64,000 nt of DNA from an uncultured virus (IMG/VR IMGVR_UViG_3300032212_000001). Taxonomy: Duplodnaviria > Heunggongvirae > Uroviricota > Caudoviricetes. Position numbers and translations under genes: made by a program. The notes beneath the pieces were generated by a model that saw only the letters and a list, made by a program, of their open reading frames with translations, was not told where the DNA came from and made no database searches. Positions within the stretch are counted from its first letter, which is position 1. Each line of letters begins with the position of its first letter. The stretch lies in IMG/VR virus record IMGVR_UViG_3300032212_000001. One strand, given 5' to 3'. Shown here piece after piece: positions 36,919-47,020 of this stretch.

Positions 36919-38796
36919 ATGAATGATTTTGAACAGGCGATTCAAGGTGCTGAATCGAAACTTGGCCTTAATTTCCGAGATTTCCAACATAAGGCACTAA
37001 GCTCTCTTTACTCTGGCCGAGACACAATTCTCTCGGCTGGGACCGGCGCTGGTAAGTCAGCGGTTTATATGGGCGCTTCTCTTATGTTGAGAGATCGGGG
37101 CATAACGGTCCTGGTGACGCCTCTGGTGGCTCTTCTTCATGACCAATTGCGTCGATATAGAGAGATCGGTCTTCGGTGCGCTCCTCTTTACGGAGAAATC
37201 CAGGGGTCGAAGAGGAAGGCTCTGATCGACTCCATAGCGAAGGACGAGGTTGATACGGTCTTGACGACTCCAGAGACTCTCCAGGCGTCTAAGCCTCTTC
37301 AGTATGCTCTCTGGGAGGCTGGCGGCTGTGCTATGGTCGCTATCGACGAGGCTCACGCTTACGAAGAATGGGCTTTTAGCTTTCGCTCGGCTTATCGCCG
37401 CCTTGGCCGGACTATCAAGACTTTGAGCAAGGAGCCCCCAATAGTTCTTCTTTGCTCGGCAACGATCACTGCTCATGGTGCCGCCGAGGCGGCTTTGAGC
37501 TTGGATCGTTTCGATTGGGACGTTCACTGTTTAGATAATGAGCGAACGAATCTCCATTACGAATCCTGGGAATGTCCAAGTCATGTCCAGGGGTTTGTGA
37601 ATATCGTTCAGGACGAGGCAAAAGCACCAGGGATTGCTTATTGCGTTTCAGCGGCGCGGGCTCGACAGCTATGCACGGCGGTAAACAGGATTTTAGAGCT
37701 AAAGGGAACGGATCGAGAGGTTTTGCTTTACACGGGACAGATGAAGAAAGCTGACCGGATAAAAAGTCAGAGAGCATGGCAGGAAGGTAAGCGTTGGATC
37801 GTTGCGACGAAGGCTTTTGGCATGGGCGTTGATAAAGCTGACGTGCGAACGGTTTGTCACTTTGAGTTACCGAGTTCTATCATCGACTATGCTCAGGAGA
37901 CAGGACGAGCTGGCCGTGACGGAAAAGACTCTTACTGCCTTCTGGCAGATACAGCGGAGTCTGAGATTGCGACCTATCTTACGGACCTTCAATATCCGAG
38001 TCTTGAAGTGGTTGAGAACGTTTGGCTCTACTTGGATGAGGTTTGCAATAAAGACGATTGGAAAACGGTCTCTAACAAAGATATTTCGGAGGCTTGCAAG
38101 ATTAGCGTTCAGTCGGCTATGAGCGTGAGAGGTTGGTTGGCCGGTTCGGGTATGATTTTGAGTCTTCCAGCGGAGAATAGATGGATCATCAAGATACCTC
38201 TGGAGCTTAAGGGCCAGCTTGAGAAAACGGGGGGAGCAAAAAACGAAAGGAGAATGAAACTTCTTGAAGCTGTCGAAAATGCCGGTAAAAAAGTCCCAGG
38301 TGGTTTTCGTGTTTCTCCTACCGAAGAAGAGATCATGGAGGTCTACAAAAACCCGAAGGTTGTTCTGGATCAGATGGTCAAGGAAAAACTCATAGTCATC
38401 GAGAAGCCCCCCCGGTCAAGCAGGGTAAGACTCATGGCGGATTCATTTATGGATTTTGACCCGTCTGATTTGGAGAGAGCCAAGAATCTTGCTTATGGAA
38501 GGTTTCAAGACATGAAGGATTTTCAATGTCTTGAAAACGATGAAAGAGCAGGGGCAATAAGTAGGGCTGTATCCCTGGAAGTCTCCGACATTCGTAATGA
38601 GCTTCGGAACAAAGAGATAAATTCGGAGCAAGAACTTACGATTGTTTCCGTAGCTGCCAACCTGGAAGTCAAGAGTGAAGATACGATTAAGCTTTGTGAA
38701 TGTGGAAGCGAAGCAACGCTTCAAGGTGGATTCGTCCATTGCTCGGAGTGTGTTGAAAAGCTTTTGACTTCTAAAACATTCCCTATTAAGGCATAG
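36919..38796 (+). CDS. recQ: RecQ-family DNA helicase
   Basis: TGAGKS, PLVAL..DQ, DEAH...W...FR..Y, SAT, ATKAFGMGVDKADVR, QETGRAGRDG. Confidence 0.85.
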   Translation: MNDFEQAIQGAESKLGLNFRDFQHKALSSLYSGRDTILSAGTGAGKSAVYMGASLMLRDRGITVLVTPLVALLHDQLRRYREIGLRCAPLYGEIQGSKRKALIDSIAKDEVDTVLTTPETLQASKPLQYALWEAGGCAMVAIDEAHAYEEWAFSFRSAYRRLGRTIKTLSKEPPIVLLCSATITAHGAAEAALSLDRFDWDVHCLDNERTNLHYESWECPSHVQGFVNIVQDEAKAPGIAYCVSAARARQLCTAVNRILELKGTDREVLLYTGQMKKADRIKSQRAWQEGKRWIVATKAFGMGVDKADVRTVCHFELPSSIIDYAQETGRAGRDGKDSYCLLADTAESEIATYLTDLQYPSLEVVENVWLYLDEVCNKDDWKTVSNKDISEACKISVQSAMSVRGWLAGSGMILSLPAENRWIIKIPLELKGQLEKTGGAKNERRMKLLEAVENAGKKVPGGFRVSPTEEEIMEVYKNPKVVLDQMVKEKLIVIEKPPRSSRVRLMADSFMDFDPSDLERAKNLAYGRFQDMKDFQCLENDERAGAISRAVSLEVSDIRNELRNKEINSEQELTIVSVAANLEVKSEDTIKLCECGSEATLQGGFVHCSECVEKLLTSKTFPIKA

Positions 38797-38965
38797 CTTG
38801 GTAAACTCCAGTCTTTACAAGCGTTTTTTTGATTTGGTGGTTTGAGTTATGGTCGTTCGTTTCTTGGAAAACGTTTTCTCTTTTTTAACTAAGGGAGAAT
38901 AAAGCGAATGGTTTTATCAGTAAGTCTTTGCTACCCTGGGTCGAAACTGATTTCGGAGGACCAAG

Positions 38966-39574
38966 ATGGTTAGGGCTTTAAGGAGAGTCGGCAATAAGGC
39001 TCACCATATAGAGATTAGCGATGCTGAAACTATTAACGTCGGGGGTCTGGGCAGATTAGTTTCGGGAGCGGCTGCTCTCTACTCCGAAAACTTCACAACA
39101 GGCATTGTTATCGGCGGTGGAACAGCTTTAACAGGTGCTTCTGCTATCGACATTAGCGGCGTAGGAAACACCGCTGCGGGAGTTAGAATCCGCGCTGGCG
39201 CGACGGCTGATTTGACATTGGGAGCCCGTGGAACAACCATCGCTCTTAATGACGCTGTTGAGCTTTCTCTTGACGGTTCTTTCTCCGCGACAAGCCTCAT
39301 TGGTGCTCTCAACGAATTAAAGTCAAGCGGTGGCGGATCACCGACCGTTGCCAAACTTGACATAGCGTCTAACATGGCAAATTATGTTATGACTTTGCCA
39401 GCGGCGGCGGAAGGCCCTTTTTGGTGGGTCATAAACGGCGTGATGTATTCCAATCTTGGTGGACACTTCGGAGTGACAACCGTTACCAACACCAATGACA
39501 CATGGACATGGAACGACTTGATACCGATAGGTCAGCTTCAGACATCAGACCTTTCTTATTACTGGCATTATTGA
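38966..39574 (+). CDS. putative virion fibre/spike protein
   Basis: Gly/Ala/Thr-rich; ATSLIGALNEL fibre-type motif. Confidence 0.55.
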   Translation: MVRALRRVGNKAHHIEISDAETINVGGLGRLVSGAAALYSENFTTGIVIGGGTALTGASAIDISGVGNTAAGVRIRAGATADLTLGARGTTIALNDAVELSLDGSFSATSLIGALNELKSSGGGSPTVAKLDIASNMANYVMTLPAAAEGPFWWVINGVMYSNLGGHFGVTTVTNTNDTWTWNDLIPIGQLQTSDLSYYWHY

Positions 39575-39582
39575 GGCGCATA

Positions 39583-40110
39583 ATGGTTGATGGAAGACAG
39601 ATACAGATTCGTTCTATACCAACGACGCGCCATGAACTTGCTTCGATAACATCGGACGAGCTGGCAAGCAATTCTATAACAACAGCTAAAATAGCAGACT
39701 CCTCTGTGACACCGGCAAAGCTTGATAGAGAGTATGCCGAAGATCCTGTTGTTAAAGTCCTTGACACGGTTTCTTCTGTTGATCTCAAAGCCATTGGGAC
39801 AACAAGTTTTTCTCCAGTCCCCGCTGGGAAGAAGTGGCTTGTAACGAGAGTTGAAGTCGAATGTTCTGCTGCTGTTGCAATCACTGCTGAAGCGATTGCT
39901 GGAATTGGTGTCGCGGCTGGAGAAGACGATATCTTCGCTTCGCAGTCTCTCGTTTCTCTGAAGGCCGCTGGCGATCTGTTTATTTTTGAAGGGATCGAGG
40001 GTGTTGTTGCAAATGCTGCCGACGTTATAAAAGCAGGAATTGACACAGGATCGGTTGGGACAAGTCAGGAAGCTACATTCAGGATAATCGGAATAGAGGT
40101 AAATGCATGA
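39583..40110 (+). CDS. putative structural protein, paralog of 42400-43152
   Basis: ITTAKIADSSVTPAKL repeat; GIGVAAGEDD.F.SQSLV. Confidence 0.6.
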   Translation: MVDGRQIQIRSIPTTRHELASITSDELASNSITTAKIADSSVTPAKLDREYAEDPVVKVLDTVSSVDLKAIGTTSFSPVPAGKKWLVTRVEVECSAAVAITAEAIAGIGVAAGEDDIFASQSLVSLKAAGDLFIFEGIEGVVANAADVIKAGIDTGSVGTSQEATFRIIGIEVNA

Positions 40111-40388
40111 AAGCTTACAGGGTCAAGGTAGACAGTGAAGAAGAGGTAAGGTTCACCGCTCGCGAAGCGGTGAACGGCAAGCCTGTGGAGCTTTGCGTTC
40201 ACCAAGTTGACGATCAGACTTATTCGAAGTGCCCAATGCCGATCAAAGACGTTTACACATATTATTATGGGGCAACTCCGGCCAAGTCCGTCTATATATG
40301 CGTTTGCAAGCTCTACACGGGGTCTTGCGAAGGTTCACCGGGCACGGTTCTTATCACCGATATGGAAGAGTTTGAGGTGGAGCGATGA
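40107..40388 (+). CDS. hypothetical protein
   Basis: ATGA coupling. Confidence 0.6.
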   Translation: MKAYRVKVDSEEEVRFTAREAVNGKPVELCVHQVDDQTYSKCPMPIKDVYTYYYGATPAKSVYICVCKLYTGSCEGSPGTVLITDMEEFEVER

Positions 40389-42400
40389 AGACATTGTTTA
40401 TGGACTGGAAAGAGTCCACTGTTGCGCCATACCTCGTCGATGGTGTGTCGATTGAGAAACTCGGCGGCGATCTCCATAGAGAAACTCCTCAAGCAAACTC
40501 AAACAATCTAAATTCAACCAATCGCGCTGCCTCGCTATTCTCTCGCGCTTTTTGCTACCACGCAAGCGAAGCCATTGGTCGCATACACCAGTATGACCCG
40601 GATGCCTACAAGGTTGCTCTCGGAACATACAGCAACCAGACAAACTTCAACGGCTTCCAAAAGGACAACACTTGGTCAGCGTCGGGAGGAGCAACAGGTC
40701 ATTTTGTCGAGAATGGCGTGAGCACAGACGGTCATATGCTTCTGGCCTTCGATACCGGAAGCTCTATCGGCCTCGGCGAAACCATAACGATCACAAACGG
40801 CCCAGCCAATACAGAAACAGCAGTCACAACGGAAGCCGCCACGCAGGGCGGAAGCCCAAGCCAACTTGGAGAGAACAAGGTCGTAAAGGCTTTCACTAAC
40901 ACGATGAGCCGGATATCCTGCACGATGCAGCCGGTGGTCGTCAACGGTGTCGATAGTATCGCGGTTGTCGCAAGAAGGTCTGGATCGTCAACGATAGTCG
41001 ATGCCATGATCTACGATGTCATAACTGACACTTGGACTGAGTATCTGTCAGTCGGCACTATAGCAGCTGGCTCATGGGGTATGAGCTATGTCCTGAACGA
41101 CTCTATTTACTGCTCAACCGCTAATTCTACAACTTTCGGTCAACCTGGATTTGTTTTCAACCCAAGCACCGTGGTTTTCGGTCCATACGATTTAGCCCAA
41201 GCTAGTACTGGCGCTGACCGCGAGTTATCAGACGCGCAGCCAATGGGCTACTACAAAGCCCAGATCTTCAACGCCACGCCGAATCAATCAAGCTTGTTCG
41301 CGATGAAGAAGTTGTCCGGTGCCGGATTTGCAACTCTTTACACCATGGCCGCTCATTCAGGATTTTCGCCATCGACCAACCAACAGGCAAGAGGCGGCTT
41401 GCTCGTCGAACACGGCAACAAACTGTGGGTCTTCCCCTACAACGACGTGGCTATCGACGGGTGGTCAGTCCTGTGCTTTTCTATTCGCGACAACTTCCTG
41501 GTGTGTGAGAATTACGCGAAGGTTGATCCTGGTTATGGATTCGATGCTCAAGCTCTCGCTGCCCGCATCTTGCCTTCGGCTTTAGCCGCTGGTATTGGAG
41601 CGCCCAACACTGGCATTGGCATTAGATGGCGGCATATACGAAACCAAGTCACCAACAACCCGGACGGCCAAGACACACTTCGTCTCTATCACATCGGAGA
41701 CAGCAACGGAGGAATCACAGAGCTTCTTGAATGGGGGGCTGTCTTTAGCGACTTGACTGTTGTTCTCGACTGGGCAAACGCAATAGATCAGACCGGAGGC
41801 GTATGGAGAGTCCCAGTCACTTCTGGCACTCCCTCCTCAGAACTCACCGCAAATGTTGATTGGGTTCGAGATAGAGACCATGGAGGCTCTGAAGAGGGCG
41901 TTATCTTCAGGGTCGTGACGGTTAATGACGGGTCGGCCTATATTGAGGTTGAGAATCCAAACGACGCTGAGATTTCCCTCCCATCTGCGAACACGACTCC
42001 TCAAAAACTGGTCCCTCCCACCTCGGTCGGGACCACGGCGGGCATCGCTCACATGGCCTTTCCTGATGGGAATGAAGGCGGCGGCGGTAAGGTCTTTTTC
42101 AATGGGATCAAGAGCGGGGTCATTAAGAGCACTCAGAACCAAGTCAACAAGCAGCGTATCACCATGATGTTCAACGGTGGCGGGACGATTTCCTGCAAGC
42201 TTTATCACGGTGAGGCTCCAGACCGTATCATGGACTCTGAATCGACGATATCGAAACCAGCCGGGGAAACCTGGACCCTGGCCTCGAACGAAATGACAAA
42301 CGTCCCTGCTGACGCTTCGGACGTTTTGGTCGATCATGAGGCGGCTATTGACTTAATTGATAATGGGGCGCTTATTCGTCGCTGCAATAGGACGGTCTAA
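40385..42400 (+). CDS. putative receptor-binding/structural beta-rich protein
   Basis: 671 aa, S/T/G/N-rich. Confidence 0.6.
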   Translation: MKTLFMDWKESTVAPYLVDGVSIEKLGGDLHRETPQANSNNLNSTNRAASLFSRAFCYHASEAIGRIHQYDPDAYKVALGTYSNQTNFNGFQKDNTWSASGGATGHFVENGVSTDGHMLLAFDTGSSIGLGETITITNGPANTETAVTTEAATQGGSPSQLGENKVVKAFTNTMSRISCTMQPVVVNGVDSIAVVARRSGSSTIVDAMIYDVITDTWTEYLSVGTIAAGSWGMSYVLNDSIYCSTANSTTFGQPGFVFNPSTVVFGPYDLAQASTGADRELSDAQPMGYYKAQIFNATPNQSSLFAMKKLSGAGFATLYTMAAHSGFSPSTNQQARGGLLVEHGNKLWVFPYNDVAIDGWSVLCFSIRDNFLVCENYAKVDPGYGFDAQALAARILPSALAAGIGAPNTGIGIRWRHIRNQVTNNPDGQDTLRLYHIGDSNGGITELLEWGAVFSDLTVVLDWANAIDQTGGVWRVPVTSGTPSSELTANVDWVRDRDHGGSEEGVIFRVVTVNDGSAYIEVENPNDAEISLPSANTTPQKLVPPTSVGTTAGIAHMAFPDGNEGGGGKVFFNGIKSGVIKSTQNQVNKQRITMMFNGGGTISCKLYHGEAPDRIMDSESTISKPAGETWTLASNEMTNVPADASDVLVDHEAAIDLIDNGALIRRCNRTV

Positions 42401-43152
42401 TGGGATTATCGAGTGCTCATACGACAACAGTAAGATTCACTCAACCGGCTTTGAGTCCGGCGCACCCGGTCACGTCTGCCTTTCAATCGGCAAACCTTTC
42501 CCCAGCTCACCCTATGGCCTCGAACGGTGCTATTTCTCTATCCCAACAACACCCTATGGCCTCGAACGGTGCTATTTCTCTTTCGCCAGCTTTGGCGCGA
42601 GAGGTCGAGATTATTAATGGAGGTATCGACGGGCGGCAATTTGGAATAAGAGAAATACCTCCTGATCGTTTAGAAGCTGAGTCTTTGACCGCGCTAGAAA
42701 TAGCTGACGATGCGGGATTAACTGACAAATTCAATGACGGTGCTGTGACTCCAGTTAAGCTTGACAGGGCCTACGTTGAACAGCCCTTCATTGACGCCAT
42801 TGGGATTGCCTTGTCGGTTGACCTGACAGCAATTGGGGTGACGAATATAGTGACGGTCCCTGGCGGTGAGACCTATCACATCGTAGGTGCGTTGGTCGAG
42901 TGTGACGCAGCGGCAAATGTTGATTCTCCCGCAACATGTGGTATTGGAGTGGCCGCTGGTGAAGACGATCTATTTGATTCACAGTCGCTTGTGGGTCTTG
43001 TTTCAGCGGGTAAAGTATTTCGGTTCATAACACTGGAAAGCATAATTGCAACGGCTGGGCAAACAATAAAGTTTGGAGTTGATATTGTTGCAACAGGTGT
43101 TGGGGCTACAACGCAAACTGCCGATATTTACCTTCTCGGCTTCAAGGTTTAG
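42400..43152 (+). CDS. putative structural protein with internal HPMASNGAISLS repeat
   Basis: direct repeat at about 42508 and 42550; paralog of 39583. Confidence 0.6.
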   Translation: MGLSSAHTTTVRFTQPALSPAHPVTSAFQSANLSPAHPMASNGAISLSQQHPMASNGAISLSPALAREVEIINGGIDGRQFGIREIPPDRLEAESLTALEIADDAGLTDKFNDGAVTPVKLDRAYVEQPFIDAIGIALSVDLTAIGVTNIVTVPGGETYHIVGALVECDAAANVDSPATCGIGVAAGEDDLFDSQSLVGLVSAGKVFRFITLESIIATAGQTIKFGVDIVATGVGATTQTADIYLLGFKV

Positions 43153-43163
43153 GAGTGTGAATA

Positions 43164-44030
43164 ATGGTTGACTTTACCCCATATGGACTGAATGTAACGA
43201 CTGGCCGATACGGACCAATGCCCGGAAACGCTAATGTCAAAGGGTTTAATCCAGGCCCCAATTCCTTACTACTGCCTTCCGTATTGACGAGGTTTCATAC
43301 GTCTGTTCAAACGGCTAGTTTTATTCCTTCGGGCACTGAAAGCGGTAAAATATACCCTCTCGACGCTTCGGCTGGGAATATCACAGTCACTCTTCCAACA
43401 GCTCCCGCTGAAGGAACAAGGATAGGCTTTATTCTCCATGCTGCAACGGGATCGGCCTTCGACGTGACGATTCTTAGGGGTGGTGGGGATACGATCATTC
43501 ACAGCGGGACACTTCTTGTTGTCTTCAGAATGGGCAAGGCTCTCGGCTCCTACTGCGAGCTTGTTTATAGAACCGTTGGTGGTGTAACTCAGTGGCAAGT
43601 TTTGATTAACACCGGGGCTTCATACTTCGCTGGCCGTTATTCAGCCCAGGTCGCAGTCGTTGGTGCATCAAACAACATGGTTTTTGGGAACACTCTTCCT
43701 TCAGCCATCAACGAGAAAATAACCCACAGCGTATCGGACGGATCTTTCACGGTTTCTGATGAGGGGGCTTACTTCGTTCACATGCCCATGAACAACGGCA
43801 GCAATGCTTGTGACGTTAGGATTCAATCCCCGGCATTAACAAGCCCGAATCCGGCTGTGCCCAGTAATGATGTGAAAGGCAAGAACTTTCAACTTAACGG
43901 ATTTACCAATGAAATGCAGAACACTGGAGCCCTCCTTTATCTTCTTGCAGGGGGAACCTTTGACGTTCGTATTATTAGCGGTTCGCCCGCGTCCAATGAA
44001 ACATTCCTGCACGTATTCAAGGTGAACTAA
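43164..44030 (+). CDS. fibre-like protein
   Basis: DASAGNITVTLP.AP..G motif typical of phage fibres. Confidence 0.6.
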   Translation: MVDFTPYGLNVTTGRYGPMPGNANVKGFNPGPNSLLLPSVLTRFHTSVQTASFIPSGTESGKIYPLDASAGNITVTLPTAPAEGTRIGFILHAATGSAFDVTILRGGGDTIIHSGTLLVVFRMGKALGSYCELVYRTVGGVTQWQVLINTGASYFAGRYSAQVAVVGASNNMVFGNTLPSAINEKITHSVSDGSFTVSDEGAYFVHMPMNNGSNACDVRIQSPALTSPNPAVPSNDVKGKNFQLNGFTNEMQNTGALLYLLAGGTFDVRIISGSPASNETFLHVFKVN

Positions 44031-44031
44031 T

Positions 44032-44592
44032 ATGGCCGCAACAACTTATTTCATGCTCTGTTCAACGGGGAACGTCATTACAGCTATCAGCCTTGCCGAT
44101 GATTTTGATTCGGCCCTTGTTGGTGGTATCGTTCGGAGTGCAAGCTTTTCAAGCTCTGAAGGAGACAGCCCCGACGTGCTGCGAGAGAAGCCCGTGACGG
44201 GCGATCTGTTCGTGGAAGACCCTTTGGCCTATACGCCACAGAACATCGGCTCTATCAAGCCCTGTGTGAAGCTGGAGTGGTCAGGACATGGAGCCGCTGA
44301 CCCTGACGACTCTGTTTATGAAATGGAAGCCAATGGTGTCAATCAATGTACGCTGACTGTTCGGAAGTGGAGCATGGGAGACGACGTGGCTATTCAGGAG
44401 GCTGGTGACAAGTTTGGAGTCTGTGTTATTGGTCATACGAATTGCCCAGATTCTCGCTTTTCTTTGGACGCCAATGGTGAGCACACTATTCTTTTTACGC
44501 CCCAGGACGGTGATCTCGGAGAGATCGAGGTCGTTATCGTTCCTATTTCTTCAGATTGCGGTAAGGTCGGCATAAGGCTACGACTTGTTTAA
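44032..44592 (+). CDS. putative fibre-associated/Ig-like protein
   Basis: acidic, beta-rich, follows the fibre gene. Confidence 0.5.
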   Translation: MAATTYFMLCSTGNVITAISLADDFDSALVGGIVRSASFSSSEGDSPDVLREKPVTGDLFVEDPLAYTPQNIGSIKPCVKLEWSGHGAADPDDSVYEMEANGVNQCTLTVRKWSMGDDVAIQEAGDKFGVCVIGHTNCPDSRFSLDANGEHTILFTPQDGDLGEIEVVIVPISSDCGKVGIRLRLV

Positions 44593-45140
44593 GAATTTAT
44601 TATAATCCGTCGTTTTTTTAGCTTTTCTAGTAAAGCCCTTATATCTATGCCTTTTCTTTCCATGTCTTCCAAGAGATCCATATAGATCTCTATTTCGCCA
44701 GTTGGACCGAAGAATCCACGTTGTCTTCTATAGACTGTATTAGGAGCGATGCAAGTTAATTCGCAGTATTCTTCGACGGAGATATCGTTTCTCCTAAGAA
44801 AAGAACTGAATCGCTCACCAAACCCGTCCTTCCTTTTTTTGATAGCTTCTTTTTCGATTCGCTTGAGTCTCTCAAGGGACGAATTTAGGTCTCTTATGAT
44901 TTTCACATAGGAGGGTCTTTGGTGTTTCACCTTGCGTAAGAGCTTTTCCAGTCTCTTGCGGAAATGCCTGTTCTTTATGATATCGGGACTTCCCTCTTTG
45001 ATAGACTTACTGCTTTTTATAAGGCCCCAAGCCATCTCTCGAAAGTTAGTAATCCGACTTTTGGTCGCGTTATGGTTCATGACTTTCCTCTCGACTTTAT
45101 GTGCTATGCTTTTATATTTTATACTTTGCGTATAGGACAC
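44589..45140 (-). CDS. putative HTH regulator
   Basis: FLRRNDISVEEYCELTCIAPNTVYR; start may be 45080. Confidence 0.5.
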   Translation of the reverse strand: MSYTQSIKYKSIAHKVERKVMNHNATKSRITNFREMAWGLIKSSKSIKEGSPDIIKNRHFRKRLEKLLRKVKHQRPSYVKIIRDLNSSLERLKRIEKEAIKKRKDGFGERFSSFLRRNDISVEEYCELTCIAPNTVYRRQRGFFGPTGEIEIYMDLLEDMERKGIDIRALLEKLKKRRIIINS

Positions 45141-45170
45141 AAATTTTAATTTTTCAAGGGTGATTCTTCA

Positions 45171-46964
45171 ATGGCTAAATTTAACGATCAGATTGACAAG
45201 GAAACTCAAGAGCAAGTGGAGAAGCTTGAAGTTTTCACCAAGGGCAAGGAAAACCTAGCCATTGAAGAAGTAAAATCACGAATGAGTGAAGCCTTTAATG
45301 AGAACGGTGGTCCAATACTTGAAGTCATTGAAAGCATTTTCAGGGACGAGGCAAAGGGCTACATAAAATTCCTAAAGGGAGTCATTAGAGATCATGAAAC
45401 ATCAGACTCTTACGAGAGGTTCAAGAACAAGCTTGGTTGGGATCTTCGCAAATTTCACAACACTAAAATAAGTGATTCACTTCGCTACGCAAAGAACAAG
45501 GCTTTTGATGAGAAGGTTACTTATCTTGACCGATATCAATGGGATGATTATCGCGGCGCTGTAGACTTATTCGAGATAGACGAAGAGAAGGTTGTCAGTG
45601 ATGCCCTTATTCATTATGAGAACACTCGTGACATGTTTATTTACAAGAACGTCTACAAGCTCGCCAGGGTTTTAGGTGACAGGACGGATCTCGACAAGCT
45701 TGATGTTGAAATAAAATACAGTCGCCAAGCTATTGAAGGTCACGTTTCAATTGAACTGCGTGACGGAACTTCGTTTGACATCAAGATTCAAGTCATTTAT
45801 GCGTGGAGAACTGAGCCTCGACGCACTTTCTATACCCAATACAGGGCAACGTTCCACAATATCCGCGTGGCTGGAAAGGACATCTCTGGCAATAGTCTGT
45901 TGGACGTTGGCATAGCCATGGGCTCTATTGACCCAAAGACCAAGCTGGCCGCTATTGATCGTGTTGAGAGTGGATTCAAGCTGGCAAAGGCAGAGCTTAA
46001 GGAAACGAGGAAAACGTTTTCCGATGAGCATGAATGGTGGAAGCGCTGGCTAGATATGACTCAAGACCGGAAGGAAGTCTATTATGGTTGGATGAGGAAT
46101 CCTCCGAAAAGCCTTGAGAATGTGAGCCATGGTGATTATCAATGGATTAAGAAACAGTCTGACAAGACCTTGAAAGACCTCAAAGCTAGGTCTTCCAATA
46201 TATCGAAGGCTTTCAAGAGGTTATTTTCAGTATTCGACGCTGGTGGTCGTTTTGAAGAATGGCTTTCTATAGGGACGATTCTCCCTCTAAACCCCCCTGT
46301 GACGTGGTATTCATCGAATCCTGAAATTCATCAGAATCGTTACTTAGAGGCTCTTCAGTATGATTACGGATGGCATGTAACAAACATTGATGGTCGTTGG
46401 GTTCCAGGGGCAAGTCGCTTTTTGCTGTTCCGATCTGATAATCTTTCTGGACCGTTTCGCATCGTTTCGTTCAAGAAGAGAGAAGACGCAAAGACGGCGG
46501 TTGTAAAATATGGCTTGGGGCGGGAGTTTAGCTCAGGTGTTTATATATGGGGGAGAGACGCAGAACACGCTAATTCCAAGGCTGAGAATCGTAAGTTTGA
46601 CAGAATAGACAATGTGCCTATTTCAGAAAGGGATAAGATTTCAAGTATTCAGAAGCTTCAATCAGAATCCGGCCCCCTCTTCTTTTGGTTTCTCACGTTG
46701 ATCGAAGATCTATATGTGGAGGAAGGCGAGAAGATTGAAATGAGAAGAGTAAAAGCGGCGGAAAAGGAATGGTGGGAGGAAACTGACGACTTCGGAGGTT
46801 TGAGATCTAGGCTCAAAGCAACGAAGCAGCCAAACATACTGCGCCTTGTTGAGTCAATGAAGCTTTGCGGCCTTCTCGACAATCTTTATCAATACACCCC
46901 CCTGGCTAGTGAATTAAAACGTTACGCGGGCGCTCTAAAAAAGACATCGAGCTATATTAGTTGA
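45171..46964 (+). CDS. large hypothetical multidomain protein
   Basis: 597-aa ORF. Confidence 0.75.
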   Translation: MAKFNDQIDKETQEQVEKLEVFTKGKENLAIEEVKSRMSEAFNENGGPILEVIESIFRDEAKGYIKFLKGVIRDHETSDSYERFKNKLGWDLRKFHNTKISDSLRYAKNKAFDEKVTYLDRYQWDDYRGAVDLFEIDEEKVVSDALIHYENTRDMFIYKNVYKLARVLGDRTDLDKLDVEIKYSRQAIEGHVSIELRDGTSFDIKIQVIYAWRTEPRRTFYTQYRATFHNIRVAGKDISGNSLLDVGIAMGSIDPKTKLAAIDRVESGFKLAKAELKETRKTFSDEHEWWKRWLDMTQDRKEVYYGWMRNPPKSLENVSHGDYQWIKKQSDKTLKDLKARSSNISKAFKRLFSVFDAGGRFEEWLSIGTILPLNPPVTWYSSNPEIHQNRYLEALQYDYGWHVTNIDGRWVPGASRFLLFRSDNLSGPFRIVSFKKREDAKTAVVKYGLGREFSSGVYIWGRDAEHANSKAENRKFDRIDNVPISERDKISSIQKLQSESGPLFFWFLTLIEDLYVEEGEKIEMRRVKAAEKEWWEETDDFGGLRSRLKATKQPNILRLVESMKLCGLLDNLYQYTPLASELKRYAGALKKTSSYIS

Positions 46965-46996
46965 CTTGCTCGGGTAGATTCTATACCATTGGTATA
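46961..46996 (+). promoter_or_regulatory. promoter TTGACT-17-TACCAT with TATACCATTGGTATA operator
   Basis: same geometry as 8781; followed by GACAAGGAGA at 47005. Confidence 0.7.
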
Positions 46997-47020
46997 AATC
47001 CTATGACAAGGAGAGATCCA

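Noticed and set aside
39583..43152. Diversity-generating retroelement TR/VR pair
   Set aside because: Similarity is at protein level only, with no adenine-specific near-identical repeat and no reverse transcriptase in the window.
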